A stretch of DNA of 64,000 nt. It comes from an uncultured Acidobacteriota bacterium. GTDB taxonomy: Bacteria; Acidobacteriota; Thermoanaerobaculia; UBA5066. This document shows positions 45,580-54,445 of this stretch, piece by piece. Numbering within the stretch: position 1 is the first letter of the stretch; every line of letters starts with the position of its first letter. The DNA lies in NCBI GenBank assembly GCA_937888435.1, contig CALAQS010000351.1:1942-65941 (forward strand). Direction: 5' to 3'. The notes under the pieces were generated by a model. It had not been told where the DNA came from and made no database searches. It was given only the letters and a program-made list of their open reading frames with translations. Made by a program: the position numbers and the translations under genes.

Positions 45580-47367
45580 TCACCTGAGATAGCCGAGCGA
45601 CCTCAGGTTCTCGACGTACGCCTTCGGGTCCACCGAAAGATCGGAGCTCGCGCGCCTTCGCCCCCACGACGCCACCGTCTCGCCGCTGGCCGCGCCTGGC
45701 GCGAGGAGATCGCTTCGCACGCGTCCCGCGATCTCGCGTGATGCGGGAACGCCCAGAACCGAGAGGACCGTGGGCGCGAGATCCACCGGCGCGAACGTCG
45801 ATTCCGCGCCTCTCCTCGCGAGGGGCCCCGAGAGAAGCACGAAGCCGCCGCTCTCGTGCCGTCCCGCGTCGAGGACGAGGACGAGAAGATCGGGCACCGG
45901 CGTGAGGCCAGGGTCGAGCAGGAATGCGCGCAGGTTCGCCGTCTCCTCGGTCAGGGCCGCCGCGAGCGCGACGCGGTCCGCGGTTCCGCGCTCGGGGTCG
46001 AGGAGTCCGGACGACAGAATGTCGGGCCCGGGGAGGTAGAGAAGCGCGAGGCGCGGGCTGTCCCGGCGCCACGCATCGCGAAAGGCGGCGAGCGCGAAGG
46101 CATCGAGGCCGTGCGCGTCCGCCTCGAGACGCTCGAATGTGCCTGGCTCGGGCGCGACGCGCGGCGCGAGGCGCGCGGCGCGCTCGGTGGCGTCGGCGGG
46201 CCAGCCTTCGCCCGCGAGCGACCCGCCCGCGCGCGCGGCGAAGAAAAGGTGATTTCCGAGGATCGTCCCTCCGCCTTCTTCGGCCGGGTAGGTCGTCCAC
46301 CAGTTCACCGTGAGAGACGGAATCCCGCCGCGGCTCGCGACCTCCCACAGCGAAGGCACGCGCCTCGCGCCGGCCGTGACGGACTCGCGCCGCGCCAGGT
46401 GCAGAGCCGGCAGCACGTCCTTCAGGTACCAGCCGGCGCCCGCGAGAGGGCGTACGGGCGACCTCACGCCCAAAACGCGCACGAGGTCGAGGGAGCCGAT
46501 CCCGTGGCGCTTCACGCTTTCGCCGGTCGCGACCGTCGTCCAGAAGGCGGCCGGGTCCCGCGCCTCCTTCGTGTAGCGCGCGCGCGCCGCCCCTTCCCCC
46601 GGGAGACCTTCGGTCCAGCCGTCGACGCCCACCACGACGACGCGCCGCGCATTCGCCGCCACGACGAGAGGAGAGTCCCCGGCCGCCGGAACGCGGAAGA
46701 AGAGCGCGGAGATGCCGACGAGGACGAGCGTTCCTCCCGCGAGGGCCCACGCCACGAACGTGCGGCGCGGCCGCGTCACGAAGAGCCGGCCGGAGGCCGC
46801 GAGCACCGTGAAGGCGAGACCCCGCGCCACGCGCACGGCGATGAGCACCGCGAACGCGACGGCGAGGAGGACCGCCGCGGCGGCCGGCAGGCCCGCGCTC
46901 TCGAGCGCAGGACGCGCCGCGAGGACGCCCGCAACGCCGGCGAGAACGCCGAACGCCACCGCGATCTCCATGGAGCCCTCTTCCGCGTCGCCGTGAGCGC
47001 GGGCCCTCAGGAGCGCGAGCAGGACGAGCGCGAGGACGACGAGCGAGGCGACGGCCGCCGCGCCCGCGAAGAGCCAGAGAAAGAGCACCGCCGCGTCCCG
47101 GAGCGGCAGCGCCGAGGACACGGCGTGCAGAACCGTCTGCGCGAAGGCGACGGCGGCGGCGAGAAACGCAGCCCCTGTCGCCGCGCCGAGGAGAAACGCC
47201 CGGGTCCGGGTGCGCGCCGCGAGCGCGCCCTTGAGAACGGCGCCCTCGACGCCCCGGTCCAAATAGCCCCTCTCGCGCAGGCGCGCGCGGGCGGCGTCGA
47301 GCGAAAGCTCGACGCCAGAAGAGGATTTTTCTGCTCCCTCTCGCAGGGGATCGTCTCGCTTATCCAT
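45580..47367 (-). CDS. Polytopic membrane protein with a C-terminal alkaline-phosphatase/NPP-like domain that appears degenerate
   Basis: 595 aa. The N-terminal half has at least 5 TM helices. The domain shows VVVVGVDGWTEG, FWTTVATGESVKRHGI (compare NPP ...T.PNH....TG..P..HGI) and YLPGPDI. Confidence 0.6.
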   Translation of the reverse strand: MDKRDDPLREGAEKSSSGVELSLDAARARLRERGYLDRGVEGAVLKGALAARTRTRAFLLGAATGAAFLAAAVAFAQTVLHAVSSALPLRDAAVLFLWLFAGAAAVASLVVLALVLLALLRARAHGDAEEGSMEIAVAFGVLAGVAGVLAARPALESAGLPAAAAVLLAVAFAVLIAVRVARGLAFTVLAASGRLFVTRPRRTFVAWALAGGTLVLVGISALFFRVPAAGDSPLVVAANARRVVVVGVDGWTEGLPGEGAARARYTKEARDPAAFWTTVATGESVKRHGIGSLDLVRVLGVRSPVRPLAGAGWYLKDVLPALHLARRESVTAGARRVPSLWEVASRGGIPSLTVNWWTTYPAEEGGGTILGNHLFFAARAGGSLAGEGWPADATERAARLAPRVAPEPGTFERLEADAHGLDAFALAAFRDAWRRDSPRLALLYLPGPDILSSGLLDPERGTADRVALAAALTEETANLRAFLLDPGLTPVPDLLVLVLDAGRHESGGFVLLSGPLARRGAESTFAPVDLAPTVLSVLGVPASREIAGRVRSDLLAPGAASGETVASWGRRRASSDLSVDPKAYVENLRSLGYLR

Positions 47368-47430
47368 GCAACACAGACGTTACCGCACCGGTGGATTTTG
47401 CTTAGAAGGGGTGAGTGGGGCCGCAGCGGA

Positions 47431-48396
47431 TCAGTTCTTCCGGTCCCTCAACAGAAGGGCGAACTCCCTCAGCAGAATCCCCTTCTTCCCGAACGTCCCG
47501 ATGGACTCGACGGCATGGGCCGTCAGCTCGGCGACGAGGGAGCGGGCGCCGTCCACGCCCACGTGCCGCACGAAAGCGGGTGCGGGCGCGCGGCGCGCGC
47601 TCTTGCCGGACTCTCGGGCCGGGGCCTGCTCGAGGAGGTCGTCCACGATCTGGAACGCGAGGCCGACGTTGCGCGCGTACGAGCGCATGGCCGCGAGCTC
47701 TTTCTCCCGCGCGCCGCCGAGCACGGCGCCGAACTCGGCCGACGCGACGAAGAGCGCACCCGTCTTGCGCGCGTGGATCGTCTCGAGACGGTCGAACGTG
47801 GCGGAAGCCGCGTCGGTCGCGAGGTCGAGCGCCTGGCCCGACGCGAGCCCCGCGAGGCCTGAAGCGTCTGCGAGGCGCGAGACGAGGTCGAGGGCGGCCG
47901 AGGCCGGGAGGCCGCCCCGCCGCGCGTGAAGGCCAGCCTCGGCGATGAGGCCGAACGCGCGCGCGAGAAGGGTCACCGCCACGAGAATGGCGTTCGCCTC
48001 GCCGTGGGTCACGTGCAACGCGGGTTTTCCGCGCCTGAGCGTGGCGTCGTCCATCGAAGGCAGGTCGTCGAGGACCAGAGAGGCCGCGTGCACCATTTCG
48101 ATCGCGCAGCCCACGTCGACGAGGCGCGCGCGAGGTACGCCGAACAGCTCGCCCGCGAGGACGACGAGCACCGGTCTCACGCGCTTTCCCGGCGAGAGAA
48201 GCGCTTCGCGCGCGGCGGATGGAAGCGGATCGCCCGGATCCTTCGACGGCGTGTCCGCCGCGAGGAGGGCCGGAAGGCGCGCGTCCACCGCGGCGCGCAC
48301 CTCGCCGAGAAGGTGCGAAAGAGCGGAGGACACAGGAGGCGCGGCCACGTCTCCCATTCGGACGGAGGACCAAACGCCGCGCCTCCCAGGACCCAT
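47431..48396 (-). CDS. Polyprenyl diphosphate synthase (FPP/GGPP synthase type)
   Basis: 321 aa. The first Asp-rich motif is LVLDDLPSMDDATLRRGKP and the second is FQIVDDLLE. Its ATG shares one nt with the TGA of the STAS gene (TGATG). Confidence 0.9.
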   Translation of the reverse strand: MGPGRRGVWSSVRMGDVAAPPVSSALSHLLGEVRAAVDARLPALLAADTPSKDPGDPLPSAAREALLSPGKRVRPVLVVLAGELFGVPRARLVDVGCAIEMVHAASLVLDDLPSMDDATLRRGKPALHVTHGEANAILVAVTLLARAFGLIAEAGLHARRGGLPASAALDLVSRLADASGLAGLASGQALDLATDAASATFDRLETIHARKTGALFVASAEFGAVLGGAREKELAAMRSYARNVGLAFQIVDDLLEQAPARESGKSARRAPAPAFVRHVGVDGARSLVAELTAHAVESIGTFGKKGILLREFALLLRDRKN

Positions 48397-48737
48397 CAGA
48401 AGCTCGCGAGCGCGTCCTTCTCGTTCGTGAAGACGTCGAACACGGTGATGAGCTGCGTCACCGTGAGGACGTCGCTGATCTTGGGCGGAAGGTTCACGAG
48501 CTTCAGCTTCGCCCCTTTGTGCGTGGCCGTCGTGTAGCAGCCCACGAGCTCTCCGATGCCCGAGGAGTCGATCGTCGTGACGTCCTTCATGTCGACGAGA
48601 AGCTTGGTCGCACCGCCTGTTATGGCGGTGTGGATCGCTTCCCGCATCTGCAGGTCGCCCGAGCCGATCGTGATCTTGCCGTGCAGCTCGACGATCTTGA
48701 CGTCGCCGACGTCGCGCATGGTTACCGTGGTCTTCAT
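48396..48737 (-). CDS. STAS-domain anti-sigma-factor antagonist (RsbV/SpoIIAA-like)
   Basis: The real 113-aa part of track ORF 48396..49100 reads MKTTVTMRDVGDVKIVELHGKITIGSGD...LLVDMKDVTTIDSSGIGELV...KLKLVNLPPKISDVLTVTQL. The phosphorylatable Ser sits in the DSSGIG context. Confidence 0.85.
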   Translation of the reverse strand: MKTTVTMRDVGDVKIVELHGKITIGSGDLQMREAIHTAITGGATKLLVDMKDVTTIDSSGIGELVGCYTTATHKGAKLKLVNLPPKISDVLTVTQLITVFDVFTNEKDALASF

Positions 48738-49198
48738 CGCGTTTGCGCTCCCTTCTTCTGATCGGAATCGAAGTGCTTTCTCATCGTGAGAATCGTGCCG
48801 CCGCGCTCGCCGCGCGAGAACGTCACGTCGTCCATGAACGTCTTCATATAAAAGATGCCGCGTCCCGACGTCTTCATCTGGTTCTCGGGCGCGAGCGGGT
48901 CCGCGACGGTGGTCGCCTCGAACCCCTCGCCCTCGTCGCCGACGACGATCTCGAGGCTGTTCGCGGAGCCCCCCAGGGAAAGCATCACGCGCCGGGAAGG
49001 ATCCTGGCGGTTGCCGTGCTTGATCGCATTCGCGAGCGCCTCGCGCAGCGCGACCCCGATCCAGTGCTCGGCGTCGTTCTCGATCCCGCGCAGCCGGCAC
49101 ACGTACTCGAGGACCGCCTGGCCGAGCTCGAGGTTCTCGTACCGGCTGGAGAGCCAGAGAACGATGGGCCCCGGCGAAGCGGGGGACGATTCAGTCAT
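48734..49198 (-). CDS. Anti-sigma regulatory Ser/Thr kinase (RsbW/SpoIIAB-like, GHKL ATPase)
   Basis: The real 154-aa part of track ORF 48734..49795 has the N-box LREALANAIKHGN, G1 (VGDEGEGF) and G2 (SGRGIFYMKTFMD). It has an ATGA overlap with the STAS start. Confidence 0.8.
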   Translation of the reverse strand: MTESSPASPGPIVLWLSSRYENLELGQAVLEYVCRLRGIENDAEHWIGVALREALANAIKHGNRQDPSRRVMLSLGGSANSLEIVVGDEGEGFEATTVADPLAPENQMKTSGRGIFYMKTFMDDVTFSRGERGGTILTMRKHFDSDQKKGAQTR

Positions 49199-49240
49199 AG
49201 CGGATGAACGAGGAGACGCGCTGCTAAGCTCGCCGCCTCG

Positions 49241-50629
49241 ATGTTTCCCTCCACACTCATCCAGAAACGCGTACGCATGATACGCGAGCGCGGCGCGGGC
49301 CGTCCATCGATCCGGTCGCGCGGCCGGGGACTTCTCGCGGCGGTCCTCGCGGCGATCGTAGCGACCGCGGCGGCCGCGCCCGACCCGGCCGGGCGCCCCA
49401 TCGCCGAGCGCCTTCCGGAGGCGGTGGCCGGCGCCCAGAAGGTCGTCGAGAAAGTCCGGGGCGTGCCCTTCCCGGGAAAAGTGGCGTCGGCGATCCTGCA
49501 CGAGAAAGACCTTCGGCGGGTTCTCGGCCAGAAGCTCGTCGAGGACCTGCCCGCGCCTTTCCCCCGCTACGCGGCCTCCCTCGCGGCCGTTGGCTTCTTC
49601 GACCCCGAACCTCTCCTCGAGCAGAAGCTCACGACGCTCTACGCCCGCCAGGTCGCCGGCTTCTACGATCCCGCCAAGAAGAAGTTCTTCATCGTGCCCG
49701 AGCGCATGGCCGAGACGGCGGCCGGAACCCCCGAGCTGGGCCTCTCGGCGGAAGCCCTTCTCGAAGACACTCTTCTGGCTCACGAGCTGACGCACGCGCT
49801 ACAGGACCGCCGCCTCGACCTCGTCCCGCGGCTCAAGGCGCTGCATGATTCCTCCGACGGACTGCTCGCGCTCGAGGCCTTCCTCGAAGGCGAGGCCACC
49901 GTCGTGATGATGGACGCGCTCCTCACGCGATTGCCCGACGAGGCGAAGGAGCTTGTCGGCGCCGAGACCCTCACGACGATGATGTCCGGCCTCGCCGCGG
50001 GCGCCACGATCGAGGGCGGCGAGGGCGTGCCACCCTTCTTCGTCAAGGAGATGCTCTTCCCGTACGTCGGGGGGACGGCGTGGATACAGGCGAAAAAGAA
50101 GGTCGGCGGATGGCCCGCCGTGGACGCCGCGTACGCCAGGCCTCCCCGCACGACCTCCGAGATCCTCCACCCCGACCGGGCCGGCACCGCGCGCGTCGTC
50201 CTCGACCCCGGTGACCGCCCGTCGGCGGCGAGCGTCCCGCCCGGGATGCGTCTTCTTTACGAGGATACGTTCGGAGAGTGGATGCTCGGAGAGCTCCTGG
50301 AGCGCGCCGGAGCCGCGAACGCCGCCGCGCTCGCCGCCGAGTGGCAGGACGACCGCGTCGTCTTTTTCGAGCCGAAGGAGTCGCTGGGCGCGGGGCCTCT
50401 CCCGGTCGGGTTCGTCTGGCGCATGCGCCTGACGTCGCCGGCCGCCGCAAAGCGCATCGCGGCGGCTCTCGAGCGACTTTACGAGCGGCCGGATGGCCGG
50501 GAAGCCGCCAACGTGACCGCCATGGCTGACCGCGTGGAGGTCGTGCGCGGCCGCATGACCGCGACTCCTGGCCCGGACCGGACTCTCAGTTTCCAGCCAG
50601 CAGCTTCAGCGCCGCCGGAAGGAAGATGA
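49241..50629 (+). CDS. Secreted putative zinc metallopeptidase (HExxH), family not recognised
   Basis: 462 aa. It has a signal-like LLAAVLAAIVATAAAA and the motif LLAHELTHALQD, followed by FLEGEATVVM (a possible third ligand). The start is uncertain (49241 or 49277). Confidence 0.6.
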   Translation: MFPSTLIQKRVRMIRERGAGRPSIRSRGRGLLAAVLAAIVATAAAAPDPAGRPIAERLPEAVAGAQKVVEKVRGVPFPGKVASAILHEKDLRRVLGQKLVEDLPAPFPRYAASLAAVGFFDPEPLLEQKLTTLYARQVAGFYDPAKKKFFIVPERMAETAAGTPELGLSAEALLEDTLLAHELTHALQDRRLDLVPRLKALHDSSDGLLALEAFLEGEATVVMMDALLTRLPDEAKELVGAETLTTMMSGLAAGATIEGGEGVPPFFVKEMLFPYVGGTAWIQAKKKVGGWPAVDAAYARPPRTTSEILHPDRAGTARVVLDPGDRPSAASVPPGMRLLYEDTFGEWMLGELLERAGAANAAALAAEWQDDRVVFFEPKESLGAGPLPVGFVWRMRLTSPAAAKRIAAALERLYERPDGREAANVTAMADRVEVVRGRMTATPGPDRTLSFQPAASAPPEGR

Positions 50630-51368
50630 AGAGCTGAATGGCGTCGAACGTGCCGTGCGCGAAGATGGACGTGACGGCGTTCCCGGTCTTCGCGAAGGCC
50701 ACGGCGAGGACGGTCGTGATCGCGAGCAGCCCCACGAAAAAGAACGGCTCCCCATAGCCGGCGTGCGCGAGGAGGAAGAAGATCGAGGCGGGGACCGCCC
50801 CCAGGCGGCGCTGGAGAAACGACCGGAAGTGGAACTCCTCGAGCGTCATCGCCATCAGGACGAGAAGGCCGCGCTGCTCCGCCGGGCGCGAGGCCAGCCA
50901 GCTCACGAGCGGCGGCACCGCGCGGTGCGGGTCGTAATCGAAGACCCGGAACAGAAGTGCCGCGCCGATTCCCACGACGATCGTGAGCGTCCAGCCGACG
51001 AGGCCGAGAGCGACGCCCGCGCCGGCCTCGGCGAGCGGACGTTTCGTGTCGAGCCCGAGGAAGGAGGCCGGGGACGGCCTCCCGCTGAGAAACCACCACG
51101 CGAGGAGGAAGAACGCGAGGAGCGCCTGCACGGCGAACACCTGCGAGAACCGCAGGGACGAGACGTCGGGCGCTCGCCCTCCCGCGGCGGCGGGCAGGAG
51201 CGCCGTGGCGACGAGGACGAGGGCGAGGAGCAGGAGCGCCAAACGCTTTCTCCACGGAGACGAGAAGAGATCGCGCCGGAAGGCACCCCTGCGGTCGGCC
51301 ACGAAGACGATGGCGAAGACGAGCGGCAGTCCGGCGCCGAAAAGGAGAGATCTGTCGAGCGAGGTCAC
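50586..51368 (-). CDS. CPBP family intramembrane glutamic endopeptidase (CAAX protease-like)
   Basis: 260 aa and multi-TM. CPBP motifs are LEEFHFRSFL (EExxxR), FFLLAHAGY (FxxxH) and FAHGTFDAI (HxxxD/N). Confidence 0.8.
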   Translation of the reverse strand: MTSLDRSLLFGAGLPLVFAIVFVADRRGAFRRDLFSSPWRKRLALLLLALVLVATALLPAAAGGRAPDVSSLRFSQVFAVQALLAFFLLAWWFLSGRPSPASFLGLDTKRPLAEAGAGVALGLVGWTLTIVVGIGAALLFRVFDYDPHRAVPPLVSWLASRPAEQRGLLVLMAMTLEEFHFRSFLQRRLGAVPASIFFLLAHAGYGEPFFFVGLLAITTVLAVAFAKTGNAVTSIFAHGTFDAIQLFIFLPAALKLLAGN

Positions 51369-51396
51369 GCGTGGGAGCCCGGAGGGCGAGGAGACT

Positions 51397-52749
51397 CTAG
51401 CAGACGTCCTCGCGGGCGCCGCGCGCGCCGGGGCGCGTCACGACCGGGCGGGCGGCGGGGCGCCCGAGAAGGAAGCCCTGGCCCCATGGGACGCCGAGGC
51501 CGCGGAGGCTTTCCAGCTCGCCCCGCGTCTCGATGCCCTCGGCGATCAGCTCGGCGTCGATGCGCTCGCCGAGCGTCGCGAGCGAACCCACGATCTCGCG
51601 CTTGATCCGGTCCTCGTCGAGGCCCGCGACGAGCGTGTGGGCCACTTTCACGTACTCCGGCCGGAGCTGCGCGATGGACTCGAGGCCCGAGTAGCCCGAG
51701 CCCGCGTCGTCGATCGCGAATCCGAAGCCGGCCGCCCGCAGCCGCCCGACGACCTCGCGAAACGCCGGGTAATTGAAGACGACCTCCTTCTCCGAGAGCT
51801 CGAGAACGATGTCCCCGTGCACGCGGCCCATCTCGGCGAGATTGCGGTCGTCGAGGAACACCGAGTGCGTGAGAAGCCGCGCCGAAGCGTTCACGAACAG
51901 GCGCTTTTTGCGCGCGGCCTTGGGGAGCGACGAGAAGACCGTCTCGACGCACAGGCTCTCGAGCTCGAGGAGGAGGTCTCCCTCGCGCGCCACGGCGAAC
52001 AGCTCGTCGGGCATCTCGAGCTCGTGGCCCGCCGGCCCGCGGATGAGCGCCTCGTAGCCGAGGACCTCGCCCGAGGTCACGCCAACGATGGGCTGGAAAA
52101 CCGCGCGCAGCCTCTTCGCGGAAAGAAGGGCCTTCAGCCTCTCGACGAACGACTTCTTCTCACCGCTCTCGCGGGCGTCGGCGAGCCGCGCCGCCTCGGC
52201 GAGCGCGCGCATGACCTGCCGCGACGGCCGCACACGCGGATCGTCAGGAACCACGAGCGCGGTCGCGTGAATGTGCATGAGGTCGACGGCGGAGCGCCCG
52301 AGCGCCTGCTTCAGGCGGCGCCCGACGCCCTGGCGCAGGCGCGCGGCCTCCGCCTCCAGCGTGACGCCGTGCCGCCCGGGAGCGCGCCGCGCGACGTCGA
52401 AAAGAAGGAAGACTCCGTCGGAGCCGTTGAAGGACATCGCGAGGAGGCCCGGGGCGAGAGGCGAAGCCGTGATGTCCTCGCGAAGGCTCGCGGCCGTCAC
52501 GCGCAGGATCCGGTCGTAGAGCTCCCATCCGTAAAGGCTCTCGACGCCCGCGAAGCGCCCGAGCTGAATGTAGACGACTCCGAGGTTCGCGACGCGCTCT
52601 CCCTTTAGATCGGCGAAGGGGTGCAGGGTCAGACCCGTGACGGCGTCATGGAGCAGCGACTCGAGACGCAGCCTCTCGATCTCGGGCACGTCGACCGGCG
52701 ATCGCTCGCTCACGAGCTTCAGGGAATCTGTGCGCGGACCTTTCGTCAT
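51397..52749 (-). CDS. c-di-GMP phosphodiesterase: degenerate GGDEF domain plus EAL domain
   Basis: The likely start is ATG 52749 (MTKGPRTDSL), forming an ATGA overlap with the response-regulator stop. EAL blocks are FQPIV...GYEALIRGP, ELSEKE, FAIDDAGSGYSGL and EGIET. The N-terminal GGDEF-like fold has GSDGVF in place of GGDEF. Confidence 0.85.
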   Translation of the reverse strand: MTKGPRTDSLKLVSERSPVDVPEIERLRLESLLHDAVTGLTLHPFADLKGERVANLGVVYIQLGRFAGVESLYGWELYDRILRVTAASLREDITASPLAPGLLAMSFNGSDGVFLLFDVARRAPGRHGVTLEAEAARLRQGVGRRLKQALGRSAVDLMHIHATALVVPDDPRVRPSRQVMRALAEAARLADARESGEKKSFVERLKALLSAKRLRAVFQPIVGVTSGEVLGYEALIRGPAGHELEMPDELFAVAREGDLLLELESLCVETVFSSLPKAARKKRLFVNASARLLTHSVFLDDRNLAEMGRVHGDIVLELSEKEVVFNYPAFREVVGRLRAAGFGFAIDDAGSGYSGLESIAQLRPEYVKVAHTLVAGLDEDRIKREIVGSLATLGERIDAELIAEGIETRGELESLRGLGVPWGQGFLLGRPAARPVVTRPGARGAREDVC

Positions 52750-53135
52750 GATTCTCCTCTTCCCGGCCCGGATGCCATCAGGGCACGCACGCGCGCCCGC
52801 AGCTCCTCGGCCCGAAACGGCTTCGTCAAGTGGTCGGTTCCGCCGACCTGCATCGCGGTGATCCGGTCGCGCACGTCGCCGCGCCCCGTCAGGAAGAGGA
52901 CGGGCAGGTCGCGGGTGATCGGCTGGCGGCGCACGATCTCGCACAGCTCCCAGCCGGTCAGGCCGGGCATGCTGACGTCGAGGACCAAAAGCGCCGGCGG
53001 GTTTTTGAGGACGGCCCGGAGCGCGGCCGCGCTGTCGCTCGCCCCGTCCACCTCGAAGCCGTCGAGCGACAGGACCGCCGCCACCGCCTCGACCATCGCC
53101 GGGTCGTCGTCCACGACGAAGATGCGCCCGCTCAC
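52746..53135 (-). CDS. Single-domain response regulator (CheY-like receiver)
   Basis: The real 129-aa part of track ORF 52746..53969 starts at GTG 53135 (GTGA overlap with the kinase stop). It reads RIFVVDDDPAMV...LLVLDVSMPGLTGWEL...PVLFLTGRG...DHLTKPF. Confidence 0.9.
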   Translation of the reverse strand: MSGRIFVVDDDPAMVEAVAAVLSLDGFEVDGASDSAAALRAVLKNPPALLVLDVSMPGLTGWELCEIVRRQPITRDLPVLFLTGRGDVRDRITAMQVGGTDHLTKPFRAEELRARVRALMASGPGRGES

Positions 53136-54436
53136 GCGCCGGCCTCGCGGGAGACGGGAAACATGATCGTGACCTCGAGCCCGTGGCCGGGCTCGGAAAG
53201 GAGCGAGATCTTCCCCCCGTTCTTTTCGAGCAGGTCCTTCGTGACGCCGAGGCCGATTCCCCGCCCCGGCACGCCGGACGCCGACGCGGACGGGCTCCGC
53301 CAGGCGAACGTGAACGCGTGCTTCTGCTCCTCCGGCGTCATCCCGGCACCCGTGTCGCTGATCACGACGAACGCGTGCTGCGCGACGACGCTCGCCCTCA
53401 CGCGCACCTGCCCGCCCGCCGGTGTGTACTTGACCGCGTTGTCGAGCACGTTGCGGAACGCGCGCTGGAGCGCGACGGGATCCGCGGCGACCGGAATCTC
53501 CGCGCCTTCGGCGACGAACTCGAGGCGCACCCTTTCGCCGTGGGCAAGACGGTACGACTCGACGAGCGTCGAAAGAACGCGCACGAGATCGGAGCGAGGG
53601 CTGGGCGGAGTCGCGGGCGCGACGGGTGAGGACACGGACGGCGCGGATGCCGGCGCGCGCGGCGGCATGCCCGCGAGGGACTCCATGAGCGTCATCTCGC
53701 GTGCGAGGCCCGCGAGGTGCGCTTCCGAAGGCAGCTCGCCGCGGCGTGCCGCCTCGGCCACGAGGTCGCCGTACACGCGAAGGACGGTGAGCGGCGATTT
53801 CAGATCGTGAAGAATCTCGCTCCGCGGATCGCGCACCGCCGCAGGGCTCGCGGGCGCGCTCTCCACGGCCAGCCGGACGGGCGCAGACGCATCCTCCGTG
53901 CCGGAATTCCGCCCGGGCGCCGTCCAACGGAGAACGAGCTCGACTCCGAAGGCCGCCGCGGCCGGCCACAGAAAACGCAGTGCGTTTGACCGCGCGGCGG
54001 CGGCCGTGGGCGCCGGAAACAGGACGACGAGGAGAGCCAGGCCCGCGTACGTGCCCACGAGGAGGAAGCGCCCGCCCTCACGCGAGAGCGCCGCTTCGGC
54101 CGCAACGTAAACGACGAGGAGCGGAAAGAGGTCGCTCGAGGGGCCGCCCGTCTTCCCGAGCGCGACGAGCGCGAGGGCAAGCGGCACGAGAAGGCGCAGC
54201 GGCGCCGCGAACGGGCCCAGAAGCCGCGTTCCGAGAGAGGTTGCGAGGAGCCCGCCGAGGGCGAGCGCGGAGGCCGCGAGAGTCGCGACGGCCGGCACGT
54301 CGGCGGGCGCGACGGCTCCCGACGCGAGCAGGACGAGGAGGGACAGGGACAGGAGGGCGGGCCCGAAAAGGCCCGCCCCCGCGGCAGCGCTCAGCGGCGG
54401 GCGCCCGTCCAGATCGACCTCGGGAGACGCCCACAC
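53132..54436 (-). CDS. Membrane sensor histidine kinase (HisKA plus HATPase_c)
   Basis: 434 aa. The N-terminus has about 5 TM helices. The H-box is ILHDLKSPLTVL, the N-box is RNVLDNAVKYTP, and G-boxes are SDTGAGM and GRGIGLGV. Confidence 0.85.
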   Translation of the reverse strand: MWASPEVDLDGRPPLSAAAGAGLFGPALLSLSLLVLLASGAVAPADVPAVATLAASALALGGLLATSLGTRLLGPFAAPLRLLVPLALALVALGKTGGPSSDLFPLLVVYVAAEAALSREGGRFLLVGTYAGLALLVVLFPAPTAAAARSNALRFLWPAAAAFGVELVLRWTAPGRNSGTEDASAPVRLAVESAPASPAAVRDPRSEILHDLKSPLTVLRVYGDLVAEAARRGELPSEAHLAGLAREMTLMESLAGMPPRAPASAPSVSSPVAPATPPSPRSDLVRVLSTLVESYRLAHGERVRLEFVAEGAEIPVAADPVALQRAFRNVLDNAVKYTPAGGQVRVRASVVAQHAFVVISDTGAGMTPEEQKHAFTFAWRSPSASASGVPGRGIGLGVTKDLLEKNGGKISLLSEPGHGLEVTIMFPVSREAGA

Positions 54437-54445
54437 GCCGAACGC

